Source of the DNA: Squalus acanthias
Lineage: Eukaryota
DNA: 64,000 nucleotides
Assembly (NCBI GenBank): GCA_030390025.1
Contig: JASTWF010000811.1
Location: 62,001-126,000, forward strand
Direction of reading: 5' to 3'
Positions 48,278 through 62,254 of the stretch are shown piece after piece (position 1 is the stretch's first letter; the number at the start of each line of letters is the position of its first letter). The position numbers were made by a program, and so were the translations under genes. The notes under the pieces were generated by a model. It was given only the letters and a program-made list of their open reading frames with translations. It searched no databases and was not told the origin of the DNA.

Positions 48278-51200
48278 ATCATAGAATGATAGACATTTAC
48301 AGCACAGAAGGAGGCCATTCGACCCATCGTGTCTGTGCCGGCCGAAAAAGAGCTATCCAGCCTAATCCTGTGAAGGAGTAAGACGTATAACCTATTCAGA
48401 AAAATACACTATCTTATGAAGGAGATCTGGCCTTATTAAAACATGACGAACTGGGTTTGGGAATTTAGAAACCTAACTATGAAATAGCTATGAAAGCATT
48501 CTGGCTATTGAGATAAGACAGTTGTTGACCCTGAATAAATAAACTTATTGAAACAGAATGTGCATGGCTCCGATAAGCTGACCTTTTGGGAACAAAACAA
48601 TGGTTCACCCTGGATAAGGTGTAATAATTTAAATTTCGTAAAGATGATATAAAATAAAGAACACCTGCCCATCACACTGTTTTTATATGGTGAACTTAGA
48701 ACACCTAGAGATAAGACAAGATTCTGGCTGATGTGGCAGTAAGAATGGCAGAGGTCGGCAGAAAGATGACTAGCGATAATTAACTTGCATCAGCAGAAAA
48801 CCTTAAAGGAAACACCACTGGAAAAGGGTATAAATATTGAACTCTCAAATGGAATTCAGACTCGCTTTAATCAGGCAAAGCGATTCTCGGCTTCAGAGGC
48901 GGCTCTGTAGTCTACCACTCTTTGTACCTCGGGGATCAAAGGTATTTGATATTGATGTATATCCTGTATAAGAAACCTTTAAGAACTGTAATACTGTGGT
49001 GAAGTTAAGATTTAAAAGTAAGATTCTCTGTTAAAAACATGTATTTTTTTTCATTTTAGAACTGTTAAAGTTGCAATTGACTGATTCACCAACTGTAGAT
49101 TGCATGTCGGTTCTTTAATAAATCTATATATTTTTAGAATTGTCGCACATAAGACTTCTGTATCAAAAACTCGCAAACTCAATCTCTGTACACTTTTTGG
49201 TGAAGAATTGCAGATTTCTGGGGAAGTTTTCCTGACCCTCTTAATATCTGAGACGTTACAGTCTAGCTAAACTTATTAAAAGTGCTATCTGGAGGACGGT
49301 AACATTCTCAGGTTGTTCCTTTCCTTTAGGGAGAGATAGCCCGGACCTTTGGACCCAATTAAGCATCTTTAGGATTCGGCTACCTCAAACTTTAGTTAAA
49401 AGTGAACATCTGAGAAATAGGCCTGATCCGGGGTAGCCCTAAAGGGGTTGGACTGGTAAATATCCCTTCAATCCCACATTCCAGCTCTTGGTCCATAGCC
49501 TTGCAAGTTACGGCACTTCAAGTCCATATCCAAGTACATTTTAAATGTAATGAGCGTTTCAGCGTCCCACCACCCTCTGGGCGAAAGAAGTTCTCCTCAC
49601 CTCCCCTCTAATCCTTCTACCAGTTACATTAAATCTATGACCCCCTGGTTATTGACCTCTCTTCTAGGGGAAATAGGTCCTCCCTATCCACTCTATCTCG
49701 GCCCCTCATAATTTTATACACCTCAATCAAGTTTCCCCTCAGCCTCCTCTGTTCCAAAGAAAACAATCCCAGCCTATCCAATCTTTCCCGCATGCCTTAA
49801 TCACCCTTTCTACCTGTCCTGCTACCTTCAGGGATCTGTGGACATGCACTCCAAGGTCCCTCTGTTCCTCTACTCTTCTCAGTATCCTACCATTTATTGT
49901 GTATTTCCTTACCTTGTTAGCCCTTCCCAAATGCATTACCTGACACTTCTCTGGATTGAATTCCATTTGCCACTTGTCTGCCCACTTGACCAGTCCATTG
50001 ATATCTTGTTGCAGTCTACACCTTTCTTCCTCATTATCAACCACACGGCCAATTTTTGTATCATCTGCAAACTTCTTAATCATGCCCCCTACATTGAAGT
50101 CTAAATCATTGATATGTACCACAAAAAGCTTAGTAAAATTGGCCTTTCCCCAATTGAGAACTTTTACTCCTGGTCTATCTTTGTCCTTTTCCATAACTAT
50201 GCAAAATCTAACTGAATTATGATCACTACCACCAAAATGTATTAGATATATTTCTACAGGCAAAAGGGGTTAAGGGTTACGGAGAGAAGGCGGGGACGGG
50301 ATACTGAATTGGAGGATCAGCCATGATCTCATTAAATGGCGGAGCAGGCTCGAAGGGCCGGATGGCCTACTCCTGCTCCTATCTTCTATGTATCAATGTA
50401 TCTATGTAAAATGCTCTCCCACTGATACCCCTTCCTCCTGCCCTGCTTCATTCCCTAAAACTAAGTCCAGAACCGTCCCCTCTCTTGTTGGACTTGCTCT
50501 GTACTGGCTAAAAAAGTTCTCCTGAATGCATTTTAAGAATTCTGCACACTCTTTTACACAGATTCTATCCTAGTTAATGTTAGGGACATTGAAATCCCCT
50601 ACTATTACTGCCCTATTGTTTTGCACTTCTCAGAAATGTGCCTAAATATTGGCTCTTCTATCTCCCTCTGATTATTTGGGGGTCTATAGTACACTCTCAG
50701 CAGTGTAATTGTCCCATTTTTGTCCTTCAGTTCAACCCATAGGGCCTCATTTGATGAGTCATAGAGTCATATCGAGCCCATCGAGTCTGTGCCGGCTCTC
50801 TGCAGAGCAACCCAGTCAGTCCCATTCCCCCGCTCTATCCCCGTAGCCCTGCAAGTTTATTTCCCGCAAGGGCGTATCCAGTCTTCCCTTGAAAACATTG
50901 AGTGTGTCCGCTCCCACCACTTCCGCGGCAGCGAGTTCCAGGTCATCACCACTCGCTGTGTAAAAAGGTTTTTCCTCACATCCTTCCTGTATCTCTTGCC
51001 CAAAACTTTAAATCTGTTTCCCCTAGTCCTTGTACCATGATCCTTCCAACATATCTTCCCTGCTCACAGCTGTCATTGTTTCTTCAACCAATATTGCGAC
51101 CCCCCTCCTTTTTTATCCCCCTCGATCTCGTCTGAAAACCCTGTAACCAGGAATGTTGAGCTGCCATTCCTGCCCTTCTTTCAGCCGTGTTTCAGTAATC
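48278..51200 (-). mobile_element. Cluster of CR1 fragments (mostly minus strand; plus-strand 3' piece 50240-50407 with TSD AAAATG), split by the solo LTR
   Basis: CR1 tails, FADDTK and SDHN motifs. Confidence 0.8.
48369..49470 (+). mobile_element. Solo LTR of the foamy-like ERV family (1102 bp)
   Basis: TGTGAAGG...CCCTTCA, collinear with the proviral LTRs; 4-bp TSD ATCC (48365-48368 / 49471-49474). Confidence 0.95.
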
Positions 51201-51279
51201 GTGTCTGTGTTGACTCCAACAGTGGCGGTTGGGGACCCGCAGGCTGAACAGGGGTAAAATGACTGGTCAGCATTCCCGC

Positions 51280-54200
51280 TCCTGATCACTGTCCCGGGAA
51301 TGCTGCTGGAACTGTTTCACTCCTGATCACTGTCCAGGGACTGCTGGAACTGTTTCACTCCTGATCACTGTCCCGGGAATGCTGCTGGAACTGTTTCACT
51401 CCTGATCACTGTCCAGGGAATGCTGGAACTGTTTCACTCCTGATCACTGTCCAGGGACTGCTGCTGGAACTGTTTCACTCCTGATCACTGTCCCGGGAAT
51501 GCTGGAACTGTTTCACTCCTGATCACTGTCCAGGGAATGCTGGAACTGTTTCACTCCTGATCACTGTCCCGGGAATGCTGGAACTGTTTCACTCCTGATC
51601 ACTGTCCCGGGAATGCTGCTGGAACTGTTTCACTCCTGATCACTGTCCAGGGAATGCTGCTGGAACTGTTTCACTCCTGATCACTGTCCAGGGACTGCTG
51701 CTGGAACTGTTTCACTCCTGATCACTGTCCAGGGAATGCTGGAACTGTTTCACTCCTGATCACTGTCCCGGGAATGCTGCTGGAACTGTTTCACTCCTGA
51801 TCACTGTCCAGGGAATGCTGCTGGAACTGTTTCACTCCTGATCACTGTCCAGGGAATGCTGGAACTGTTTCACTCCTGATCACTGTCCCGGGAATGCTGC
51901 TGGAACTGTTTCACTCCTGATCACTGTCCAGGGAATGCTGCTGGAACTGTTTCACTCCTGATCACTGTCCAGGGAATGCTGCTGGAACTGTTTCACTCCT
52001 GATCACTGTCCAGGGAATGCTGGAACTGTTTCACTCCTGATCACTGTCCAGGGAATGCTGCTGGAACTGTTTCACTCCTGATCACTGTCCAGGGACTGCT
52101 GGAACTGTTTCACTCCTGATCACTGTCCCGGGAATGCTGCTGGAACTGTTTCACTCCTGATCACTGTCCAGGGAATTCTGCTGGAACTGTTTCACTCCTG
52201 ATCACTGTCCAGGGACTGCTGGAACTGTTTCACTCCTGATCACTGTCCAGGGAATGCTGGAACTGTTTCACTCCTGATCACTGTCCAGGGACTGCTGGAA
52301 CTGTTTCACTCCTGATCACTGTCCAGGGAATGCTGGAACTGTTTCACTCCTGATCACTGTCCAGGGAATGCTGGAACTGTTTCACTCCTGATCACTGTCC
52401 AGGGAATGCTGCTGGAACTGTTTCACTCCTGATCACTGTCCAGGGAATGCTGCTGGAACTGTTTCACTCCTGATCACTGTCCAGGGAATGCTGCTGGAAC
52501 TATTTCACTCCTGATCACTGTCCAGGGAATGCTGGAACTGTTTCACTCCTGATCACTGTCCAGGGAATGCTGCTGGAACTGTTTCACTCCTGATCACTGT
52601 CCCGGGAATGCTGCTGGAACTGTTTCACTCCTGATCACTGTCCAGGGAATGCTGCTGGAACTGTTTCACTCCTGATCACTGTCCAGGGACTGCTGCTGGA
52701 ACTGTTTCACTCCTGATCACTGTCCAGGGAATGCTGGAACTGTTTCACTCCTGATCACTGTCCCGGGAATGCTGCTGGAACTGTTTCACTCCTGATCACT
52801 GTCCAGGGAATGCTGCTGGAACTGTTTCACTCCTGATCACTGTCCAGGGAATGCTGCTGGAACTGTTTCACTCCTGATCACTGTCCAGGGAATGCTGGAA
52901 CTGTTTCACTCCTGATCACTGTCCAGGGAATGCTGCTGGAACTGTTTCACTCCTGATCACTGTCCAGGGAATGCTGCTGGAACTGTTTCACTCCTGATCA
53001 CTGTCCCGGGACTGCTGCTGGAACTGTTTCACTCCTGATCACTGTCCCGGGAATGCTGGAACTGTTTCACTCCTGATCACTGTCCAGGGAATGCTGCTGG
53101 AACTGTTTCACTCCTGATCACTGTCCAGGGACTGCTGGAACTGTTTCACTCCTGATCACTGTCCAGGGAATGCTGCTGGAACTGTTTCACTCCTGATCAC
53201 TGTCCAGGGACTGCTGCTGGAACTGTTTCACTCCTGATCACTGTCCCGGGAATGCTGGAACTGTTTCACTCCTGATCACTGTCCCGGGAATGCTGGAACT
53301 GTTTCACTCCTGATCACTGTCCAGGGAATGCTGCTGGAACTGTTTCACTCCTGATCACTGTCCAGGGAATGCTGCTGGAACTGTTTCACTCCTGATCACT
53401 GTCCAGGGAATGCTGCTGGAACTGTTTCACTCCTGATCACTGTCCCGGGAATGCTGCTGGAACTGTTTCACTCCTGATCACTGTCCCGGGAATGCTGGAA
53501 CTGTTTCACTCCTGATCACTGTCCAGGGAATGCTGGAACTGTTTCACTCCTGATCACTGTCCAGGGAATGCTGCTGGAACTGTTTCACTCCTGATCACTG
53601 TCCCGGGAATGCTGCTGGAACTGTTTCACTCCTGATCACTGTCCAGGGACTGCTGGAACTGTTTCACTCCTGATCACTGTCCAGGGAATGCTGCTGGAAC
53701 TGTTTCACTCCTGATCAGTCTCCAGGGAATGCTGGAACTGTTTCACTCCTGATCACTGTCCAGGGAATGCTGCTGGAACTGTTTCACTCCTGATCACTGT
53801 CCAGGGAATGCTGCTGGAACTGTTTCACTCCTGATCACTGTCCAGGGAATGCTGCTGGAACTGTTTCACTCCTGATCACTGTCCAGGGAATGCTGCTGGA
53901 ACTGTTTCACTCCTGATCACTGTCCAGGGAATGCTGGAACTGTTTCACTCCTGATCACTGTCCAGGGAATGCTGCTGGAACTGTTTCACTCCTGATTACT
54001 GTCCAGGGAATGCTGCTGGAACTGTTTCACTCCTGATCACTGTCCCGGGAATGCTGGAACTGTTTCACTCCTGATCACTGTCCAGGGAATGCTGGAACTG
54101 TTTCACTCCTGATCACTGTCCAGGGAATGCTGGAACTGTTTCACTCCTGATCACTGTCCCGGGAATGCTGCTGGAACTGTTTCACTCCTGATCACTGTCC

Positions 54201-57200
54201 CGGGAATGCTGCTGGAACTGTTTCACTCCTGATCACTGTCCAGGGAATGCTGCTGGAACTGTTTCACTCCTGATCACTGTCCAGGGACTGCTGGAACTGT
54301 TTCACTCCTGATCACTGTCCAGGGAATGCTGGAACTGTTTCACTCCTGATCACTGTCCAGGGACTGCTGCTGGAACTGTTTCACTCCTGATCACTGTCCC
54401 GGGAATGCTGCTGGAACTGTTTCACTCCTGATCACTGTCCAGGGAATGCTGCTGGAACTGTTTCACTCCTGATCACTGTCCAGGGAATGCTGCTGGAACT
54501 GTTTCACTCCTGATCACTGTCCAGGGAATGCTGCTGGAACTGTTTCACTCCTGATCACTGTCCAGGGAATGCTGCTGGAACTGTTTCACTCCTGATCACT
54601 GTCCAGGGAATGCTGGAACTGTTTCACTCCTGATCACTGTCCAGGGAATGCTGGAACTGTTTCACTCCTGATCACTGTCCAGGGAATGCTGGAACTGTTT
54701 CACTCCTGATCACTGTCCAGGGAATGCTGGAACTGTTTCACTCCTGATCACTGTCCAGGGAATGCTGCTGGAACTGTTTCACTCCTGATCACTGTCCCGG
54801 GAATGCTGCTGGAACTGTTTCACTCCTGATCACTGTCCAGGGAATGCTGGAACTGTTTCACTCCTGATCACTGTCCCGGGAATGCTGGAACTGTTTCACT
54901 CCTGATCACTGTCCCGGGAATGCTGCTGGAACTGTTTCACTCCTGATCACTGTCCCGGGAATGCTGGAACTGTTTCACTCCTGATCACTGTCCAGGGAAT
55001 GCTGGAACTGTTTCACTCCTGATCACTGTCCAGGGAATGCTGGAACTGTTTCACTCCTGATCACTGTCCCGGGAATGCTGCTGGAACTGTTTCACTCCTG
55101 ATCACTGTCCAGGGAATGCTGGAACTGTTTCACTCCTGATCACTGTCCCGGGAATGCTGCTGGAACTGTTTCACTCCTGATCACTGTCCCGGGAATGCTG
55201 GAACTGTTTCACTCCTGATCACTGTCCAGGGAATGCTGCTGGAACTGTTTCACTCCTGATCACTGTCCAGGGAATGCTGCTGGAACTGTTTCACTCCTGA
55301 TCACTGTCCAGGGAATGCTGCTGGAACTGTTTCACTCCTGATCACTGTCCAGGGAATGCTGCTGGAACTGTTTCACTCCTGATCACTGTCCAGGGAATGC
55401 TGGAACTGTTTCACTCCTGATCACTGTCCAGGGAATGCTGGAACTGTTTCACTCCTGATCACTGTCCTGGGAATGCTGCTGGAACTGTTTCACTCCTGAT
55501 CACTGTCCAGGGAATGCTGCTGGAACTGTTTCACTCCTGATCACTGTCCAGGGAATGCTGCTGGAACTGTTTCACTCCTGATCACTGTCCAGGGACTGCT
55601 GCTGGAACTGTTTCACTCCTGATCACTGTCCAGGGAATGCTGCTGGAACTGTTTCACTCCTGATCACTGTCCCGGGAATGCTGGAACTGTTTCACTCCTG
55701 ATCACTGTCCCGGGAATGCTGCTGGAACTGTTTCACTCCTGATCACTGTCCAGGGAATGCTGCTGGAACTGTTTCACTCCTGATCACTGTCCACGGACTG
55801 CTGGAACTGTTTCACTCCTGATCACTGTCCCGGGAATGCTGGAACTGTTTCACTCCTGATCACTGTCCCGGGAATGCTGCTGGAACTGTTTCACTCCTGA
55901 TCACTGTCCACGGACTGCTGGAACTGTTTCACTCCTGATCACTGTCCAGGGAATGCTGCTGGAACTGTTTCACTCCTGATCACTGTCCAGGGAATGCTGG
56001 AACTGTTTCACTCCTGATGACTGTCCAGGGAATGCTGGAACTGTTTCACTCCTGATCACTGTCCCGGGATTGCTGCTGGAACTGTTTCACTCCTGATCAC
56101 TGTCCAGGGAATGCTGGAACTGTTTCACTCCTGATCACTGTCCCGGGAATGCTGCTGGAACTGTTTCACTCCTGATCACTGTCCAGGGAATGCTGCTGGA
56201 ACTGTGTCACTCCTGATCACTGTCCAGGGAATGCTGGAACTGTTTCACTCCTGATCACTGTCCCGGGAATGCTGCTGGAACTGTTTCACTCCTGATCACT
56301 GTCCCGGGAATGCTGGAACTGTTTCACTCCTGATCACTGTCCAGGGACTGCTGCTGGAACTGTTTCACTCCTGATCACTGTCCCGGGAATGCTGGAACTG
56401 TTTCACTCCTGATCACTGTCCAGGGAATGCTGCTGGAACTGTTTCACTCTTGATCACTGTCCAGGGAATGCTGCTGGAACTGTTTCACTCCTGATCACTG
56501 TCCAGGGAATGCTGGAACTGTTTCACTCCTGATCACTGTCCAGGAAATGCTGCTGGAACTGTTTCACTCCTGATCACTGTCCAGGGAATGATGCTGGAAC
56601 TGTTTCACTCCTGATCACTGTCCCGGGAATGCTGCTGGAACTGTTTCACTCCTGATCACTGTCCAGGGAATGCTGGAACTGTTTCACTCCTGATCACTGT
56701 CCAGGGACTGCTGCTGGAACTGTTTCACTCCTGATCACTGTCCCGGGAATGCTGCTGGAACTGTTTCACTCCTGATCACTGTCCCGGGAATGCTGCTGGA
56801 ACTATTTCACTCCTGATCACTGTGCAGGGAATGCTGCTGGAACTATTTCACTCCTGATCACTGTCCAGGGAATGCTGCTGGAACTGTTTCACTCCTGATC
56901 ACTGTCCCGGGAATGCTGCTGGAACTGTTTCACTCCTGATCACTGTCCCGGGAATGCTGCTGGAACTGTTTCACTCCTGATCACTGTCCAGGGAATGCTG
57001 CTGGAACTGTTTCACTCCTGATCACTGTCCAGGGAATGCTGCTGGAACTGTTTCACTCCTGATCACTGTCCCGGGAATGCTGCTGGAACTGTTTCACTCC
57101 TGATCACTGTCCAGGGACTGCTGGAACTGTTTCACTCCTGATCACTGTCCCGGGAATGCTGCTGGAACTGTTTCACTCCTGATCACTGTCCCGGGAATGC

Positions 57201-60200
57201 TGCTGGAACTGTTTCACTCCTGATCACTGTCCAGGGAATGCTGGAACTGTTTCACTCCTGATCACTGTCCAGGGAATGCTGGAACTGTTTCTCTCCTGAT
57301 CACTGTCCAGGGAATGCTGCTGGAACTGTTTCACTCCTGATCACTGTCCAGGGACTGCTGCTGGAACTGTTTCACTCCTGATCACTGTCCAGGGAATGCT
57401 GGAACTGTTTCACTCCTGATCACTGTCCCGGGAATGCTGCTGGAACTGTTTCACTCCTGATCACTGTCCAGGGGCTGCTGGAACTGTTTCACTCCTGATC
57501 ACTGTCCAGGGAATGCTGGAACTGTTTCACTCCTGATCACTGTCCAGGGACTGCTGGAACTGTTTCACTCCTGATCACTGTCCAGGGAATGCTGGAACTG
57601 TTTCACTCCTGATCACTGTCCAGGGAATGCTGCTGGAACTGTTTCACTCCTGATCACTGTCCAGGGAATGCTGGAACTGTTTCACTCCTGATCACTGTCC
57701 AGGGAATGCTGCTGGAACTGTTTCACTCCTGATCACTGTCCAGGGAATGCTGCTGGAACTGTTTCACTCCTGATCACTGTCCAGGGACTGCTGGAACTGT
57801 TTCACTCCTGATCACTGTCCCGGGAATGCTGCTGGAACTGTTTCACTCCTGATCACTGTCCCGGGAATGCTGCTGGAACTGTTTCACTCCTGATCACTGT
57901 CCAGGGACTGCTGCTGGAACTGTTTCACTCCTGATCACTGTCCCGGGAATGCTGCTGGAACTGTTTCACTCCTGATCACTGTCCAGGGACTGCTGGAACT
58001 GTTTCACTCCTGATCACTGTCCAGGGACTGCTGCTGGAACTGTTTCACTCCTGATCACTGTCCCGGGAATGCTGCTGGAACTGTTTCACTCCTGATCACT
58101 GTCCAGGGAATGCTGCTGGAACTGTTTCACTCCTGATCACTGTCCGGGGACTGCTGGAACTGTTTCACTCCTGATCACTGTCCAGGGACTGCTGCTGGAA
58201 CTGTTTCACTCCTGATCACTGTCCCGGGAATGCTGCTGGAACTGTTTCACTCCTGATCACTGTCCAGGGAATGCTGCTGGAACTGTTTCACTCCTGATCA
58301 CTGTCCAGGGAATGCTGCTGGAACTGTTTCACTCCTGATCACTGTCCAGGGAATGCTGCTGGAACTGTTTCACTCCTGATCACTGTCCAGGGAATGCTGC
58401 TGGAACTGTTTCACTCCTGATCACTGTCCCGGGAATGCTGCTGGAACTGTTTCACTCCTGATCACTGTCCAGGGAATGCTGGAACTGTTTCACTCCTGAT
58501 CACTGTCCCGGGAATGCTGGAACTGTTTCACTCCTGATCACTGTCCCGGGAATGCTGCTGGAACTGTTTCACTCCTGATCACTGTCCCGGGAATGCTGGA
58601 ACTGTTTCACTCCTGATCACTGTCCAGGGAATGCTGGAACTGTTTCACTCCTGATCACTGTCCAGGGAATGCTGGAACTGTTTCACTCCTGATCACTGTC
58701 CCGGGAATGCTGCTGGAACTGTTTCACTCCTGATCACTGTCCCGGGAATGCTGCTGGAACTGTTTCACTCCTGATCACTGTCCCGGGAATGCTGGAACTG
58801 TTTCACTCCTGATCACTGTCCAGGGAATGCTGCTGGAACTGTTTCACTCCTGATCACTGTCCAGGGAATGCTGCTGGAACTGTTTCACTCCTGATCACTG
58901 TCCAGGGAATGCTGGAACTGTTTCACTCCTGATCACTGTCCCGGGAATGCTGGAACTGTTTCACTCCTGATCACTGTCCCGGGAATGCTGCTGGAACTGT
59001 TTCACTCCTGATCACTGTCCAGGGAATGCTGCTGGAACTGTTTCACTCCTGATCACTGTCCACGGACTGCTGGAACTGTTTCACTCCTGATCACTGTCCA
59101 GGGAATGCTGGAACTGTTTCACTCCTGATGACTGTCCAGGGAATGCTGGAACTGTTTCACTCCTGATCACTGTCCCGGGATTGCTGCTGGAACTGTTTCA
59201 CTCCTGATCACTGTCCAGGGAATGCTGGAACTGTTTCACTCCTGATCACTGTCCCGGGAATGCTGCTGGAACTGTGTCACTCCTGATCACTGTCCAGGGA
59301 ATGCTGCTGGAACTGTTTCACTCCTGATCACTGTCCCGGGAATGCTGCTGGAACTGTTTCACTCCTGATCACTGTCCCGGGAATGCTGCTGGAACTGTTT
59401 CACTCCTGATCACTGTCCCGGGAATGCTGCTGGAACTGTTTCACTCCTGATCACTGTCCCGGGAATGCTGCTGGAACTGTTTCACTCCTGATCACTGTCC
59501 AGGGAATGCTGGAACTGTTTCACTCCTGATCACTGTCCAGGGACTGCTGCTGGAACTGTTTCACTCCTGATCACTGTCCAGGGAATGCTGGAACTGTTTC
59601 ACTCCTGATCACTGTCCAGGGAATGCTGGAACTGTTTCACTCCTGATCACTGTCCAGGGAATGCTGCTGGAACTGTTTCACTCCTGATCACTGTCCAGGG
59701 AATGCTGGAACTGTTTCACTCCTGATCACTGTCCAGGAAATGCTGCTGGAACTGTTTCACTCCTGATCACTGTCCAGGGAATGCTGCTGGAACTGTTTCA
59801 CTCCTGATCACTGTCCCGGGAATGCTGCTGGAACTGTTTCACTCCTGATCACTGTCCAGGGAATGCTGGAACTGTTTCACTCCTGATCACTGTCCAGGGA
59901 CTGCTGCTGGAACTGTTTCACTCCTGATCACTGTCCAGGGAATGCTGCTGGAACTGTTTCACTCCTGATCACTGTCCCGGGAATGCTGCTGGAACTGTTT
60001 CACTCCTGATCACTGTCCCGGGAATGCTGCTGGAACTGTTTCACTCCTGATCACTGTCCAGGGAATGCTGGAACTGTTTCACTCCTGATCACTGTCCAGG
60101 GAATGCTGGAACTGTTTCTCTCCTGATCACTGTCCAGGGAATGCTGCTGGAACTGTTTCACTCCTGATCACTGTCCAGGGACTGCTGCTGGAACTGTTTC

Positions 60201-61270
60201 ACTCCTGATCACTGTCCCGGGAATGCTGCTGGAACTGTTTCACTCCTGATCACTGTCCAGGGGCTGCTGGAACTGTTTCACTCCTGATCACTGTCCAGGG
60301 AATGCTGGAACTGTTTCACTCCTGATCACTGTCCAGGGACTGCTGGAACTGTTTCACTCCTGATCACTGTCCAGGGAATGCTGGAACTGTTTCACTCCTG
60401 ATCACTGTCCAGGGAATGCTGCTGGAACTGTTTCACTCCTGATCACTGTCCAGGGAATGCTGGAACTGTTTCACTCCTGATCACTGTCCAGGGAATGCTG
60501 CTGGAACTGTTTCACTCCTGATCACTGTCCAGGGAATGCTGCTGGAACTGTTTCACTCCTGATCACTGTCCAGGGACTGCTGGAACTGTTTCACTCCTGA
60601 TCACTGTCCCGGGAATGCTGCTGGAACTGTTTCACTCCTGATCACTGTCCCGGGAATGCTGCTGGAACTGTTTCACTCCTGATCACTGTCCAGGGACTGC
60701 TGCTGGAACTGTTTCACTCCTGATCACTGTCCCGGGAATGCTGCTGGAACTGTTTCACTCCTGATCACTGTCCCGGGAATGCTGCTGGAACTGTTTCACT
60801 CCTGATCACTGTCCCGGGAATGCTGCTGGAACTGTTTCACTCCTGATCACTGTCCAGGGAATGCTGCTGGAACTGTTTCACTCCTGATCACTGTCCAGGG
60901 AATGCTGCTGGAACTGTTTCACTCCTGATCACTGTCCTGGGAATGCTGCTGGAACTGTTTCACTCCTGATCACTGTCCAGGGAATGCTGCTGGAACTGAT
61001 TCACTCCTGTTCACTGTCCAGGGACTGCTGCTGGAACTGTTTCACTCCTGATCACTGTCCCGGGAATGCTGCTGGAACTGTTTCACTCCTGATCACTGTC
61101 CAGGGAATGCTGGAACTGTTTCACTCTTGATCACTGTCCAGGGAATGCTGGAACTGTTTCACTCCTGATCACTGTCCAGGGACTGCTGGAACTGTTTCAC
61201 TCCAGATCACTGTCCAGGGACTGCTGCTGGAACTGTTTCACTCCTGATCACTGTCCAGGGACTGCTGGAA
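51280..61270. repeat. ~10-kb minisatellite, 38/41-bp unit CTGTTTCACTCCTGATCACTGTCC(A/C)GGGA(A/C)TGCTG(CTG)GAA
   Basis: Highly homogeneous head-to-tail array, about 250 units. Confidence 0.98.
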
Positions 61271-61715
61271 GAGAGAATGAATGAAAGTGGAAGTGAGACA
61301 AAGATAATGGGTGGCAGTTAGAGGGAGGAGGACAATGGATAGAAGCAGGAAGTTGAGGAGGGCAATGGATAGCAGTGGAGGGAGGTGGGGAGTGGATGGT
61401 AGTGGGAAGGACAGTAGCAGGAATGGATGGTGGTGGGGGAAGGATGGCCGAATGCATGGCAGTGAAGCAGGAGTGAGTGCCTGGCACTGAAAGATGGGAT
61501 GGAGTGTATGGCTGTGGAAGGGGGAAGACAGAGAAGATTGAAGGGAATTCCAAAGAGTCGGGCCCATGCGGCAGAAAGATTTATTACCAATGGTGGGGCA
61601 ATGGGAAGGAGGTGCACCACAGACCAGAGCCAGGAGAATGGAGTAATGAGGTGGAGGATTGTAGAGCTGGGGGAGATTGTAGAGTTAGGGTTCGGCGATG
61701 GGAATTCAGCACATT
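61271..61715 (-). mobile_element. Degenerate L2-like LINE fragment
   Basis: Pyrimidine-rich reverse strand with L2-like endonuclease-region wording. Confidence 0.5.
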
Positions 61716-62045
61716 TGCTGATTAAAGGTATGACAAGCTACTGCCCACTAAGCTATCGCTCATTCAAACTTGGGAGTCTATGGCCACACATCTCATCATC
61801 TGCCGGAGTGCGATAAGTGTCTCAGAGTCCAGGAACAGATGCAGCAAAGTACATTCTGTACAGAGCAAGGACAATCATCTTAACTGCCAATATTCAGATG
61901 GTCTACAGTGCCACGAGGGAAAATAAGTGCAGAAATAACTGGACAAAGTGGTGTAGAAAGACACAAACACATCATCAGATCTGTCCCATCACACAGATCC
62001 TTCTCATTACAGAAAGCAACATCCTCGAAAACCAACTGAACTCAC

Positions 62046-62119
62046 CTGTGTGTCTCCTGCAGAAAAAACATTTTCATAATCAGCAGTTGTGTTCTGATCA
62101 TCAGCTGTTCCCGATGGTG
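62046..62119 (-). CDS. Cytoplasmic-tail exon PSGTADDQNTTADYENVFSAGDTQ
   Basis: Acceptor ttttatcatttatttcccag, donor CAG|gtgagt; 74 nt, phase 1 to 0; contains YENV. Confidence 0.6.
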
Positions 62120-62254
62120 CTGGGAAATAAATGATAAAATCTCACCAACATTAACTGCAATGATATTAATCATACTTTGCTGCCAACAATAACATTTTAT
62201 ATATTATCAAAACAGGTTCTTTAACAATTAGTTCAGGCCTTTTATTTTTTTTAG

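Noticed and set aside
51280-61270. CRISPR-like array (38-41-bp repeat)
   Set aside because: No unique spacers, no cas genes, eukaryotic context; it is a head-to-tail minisatellite
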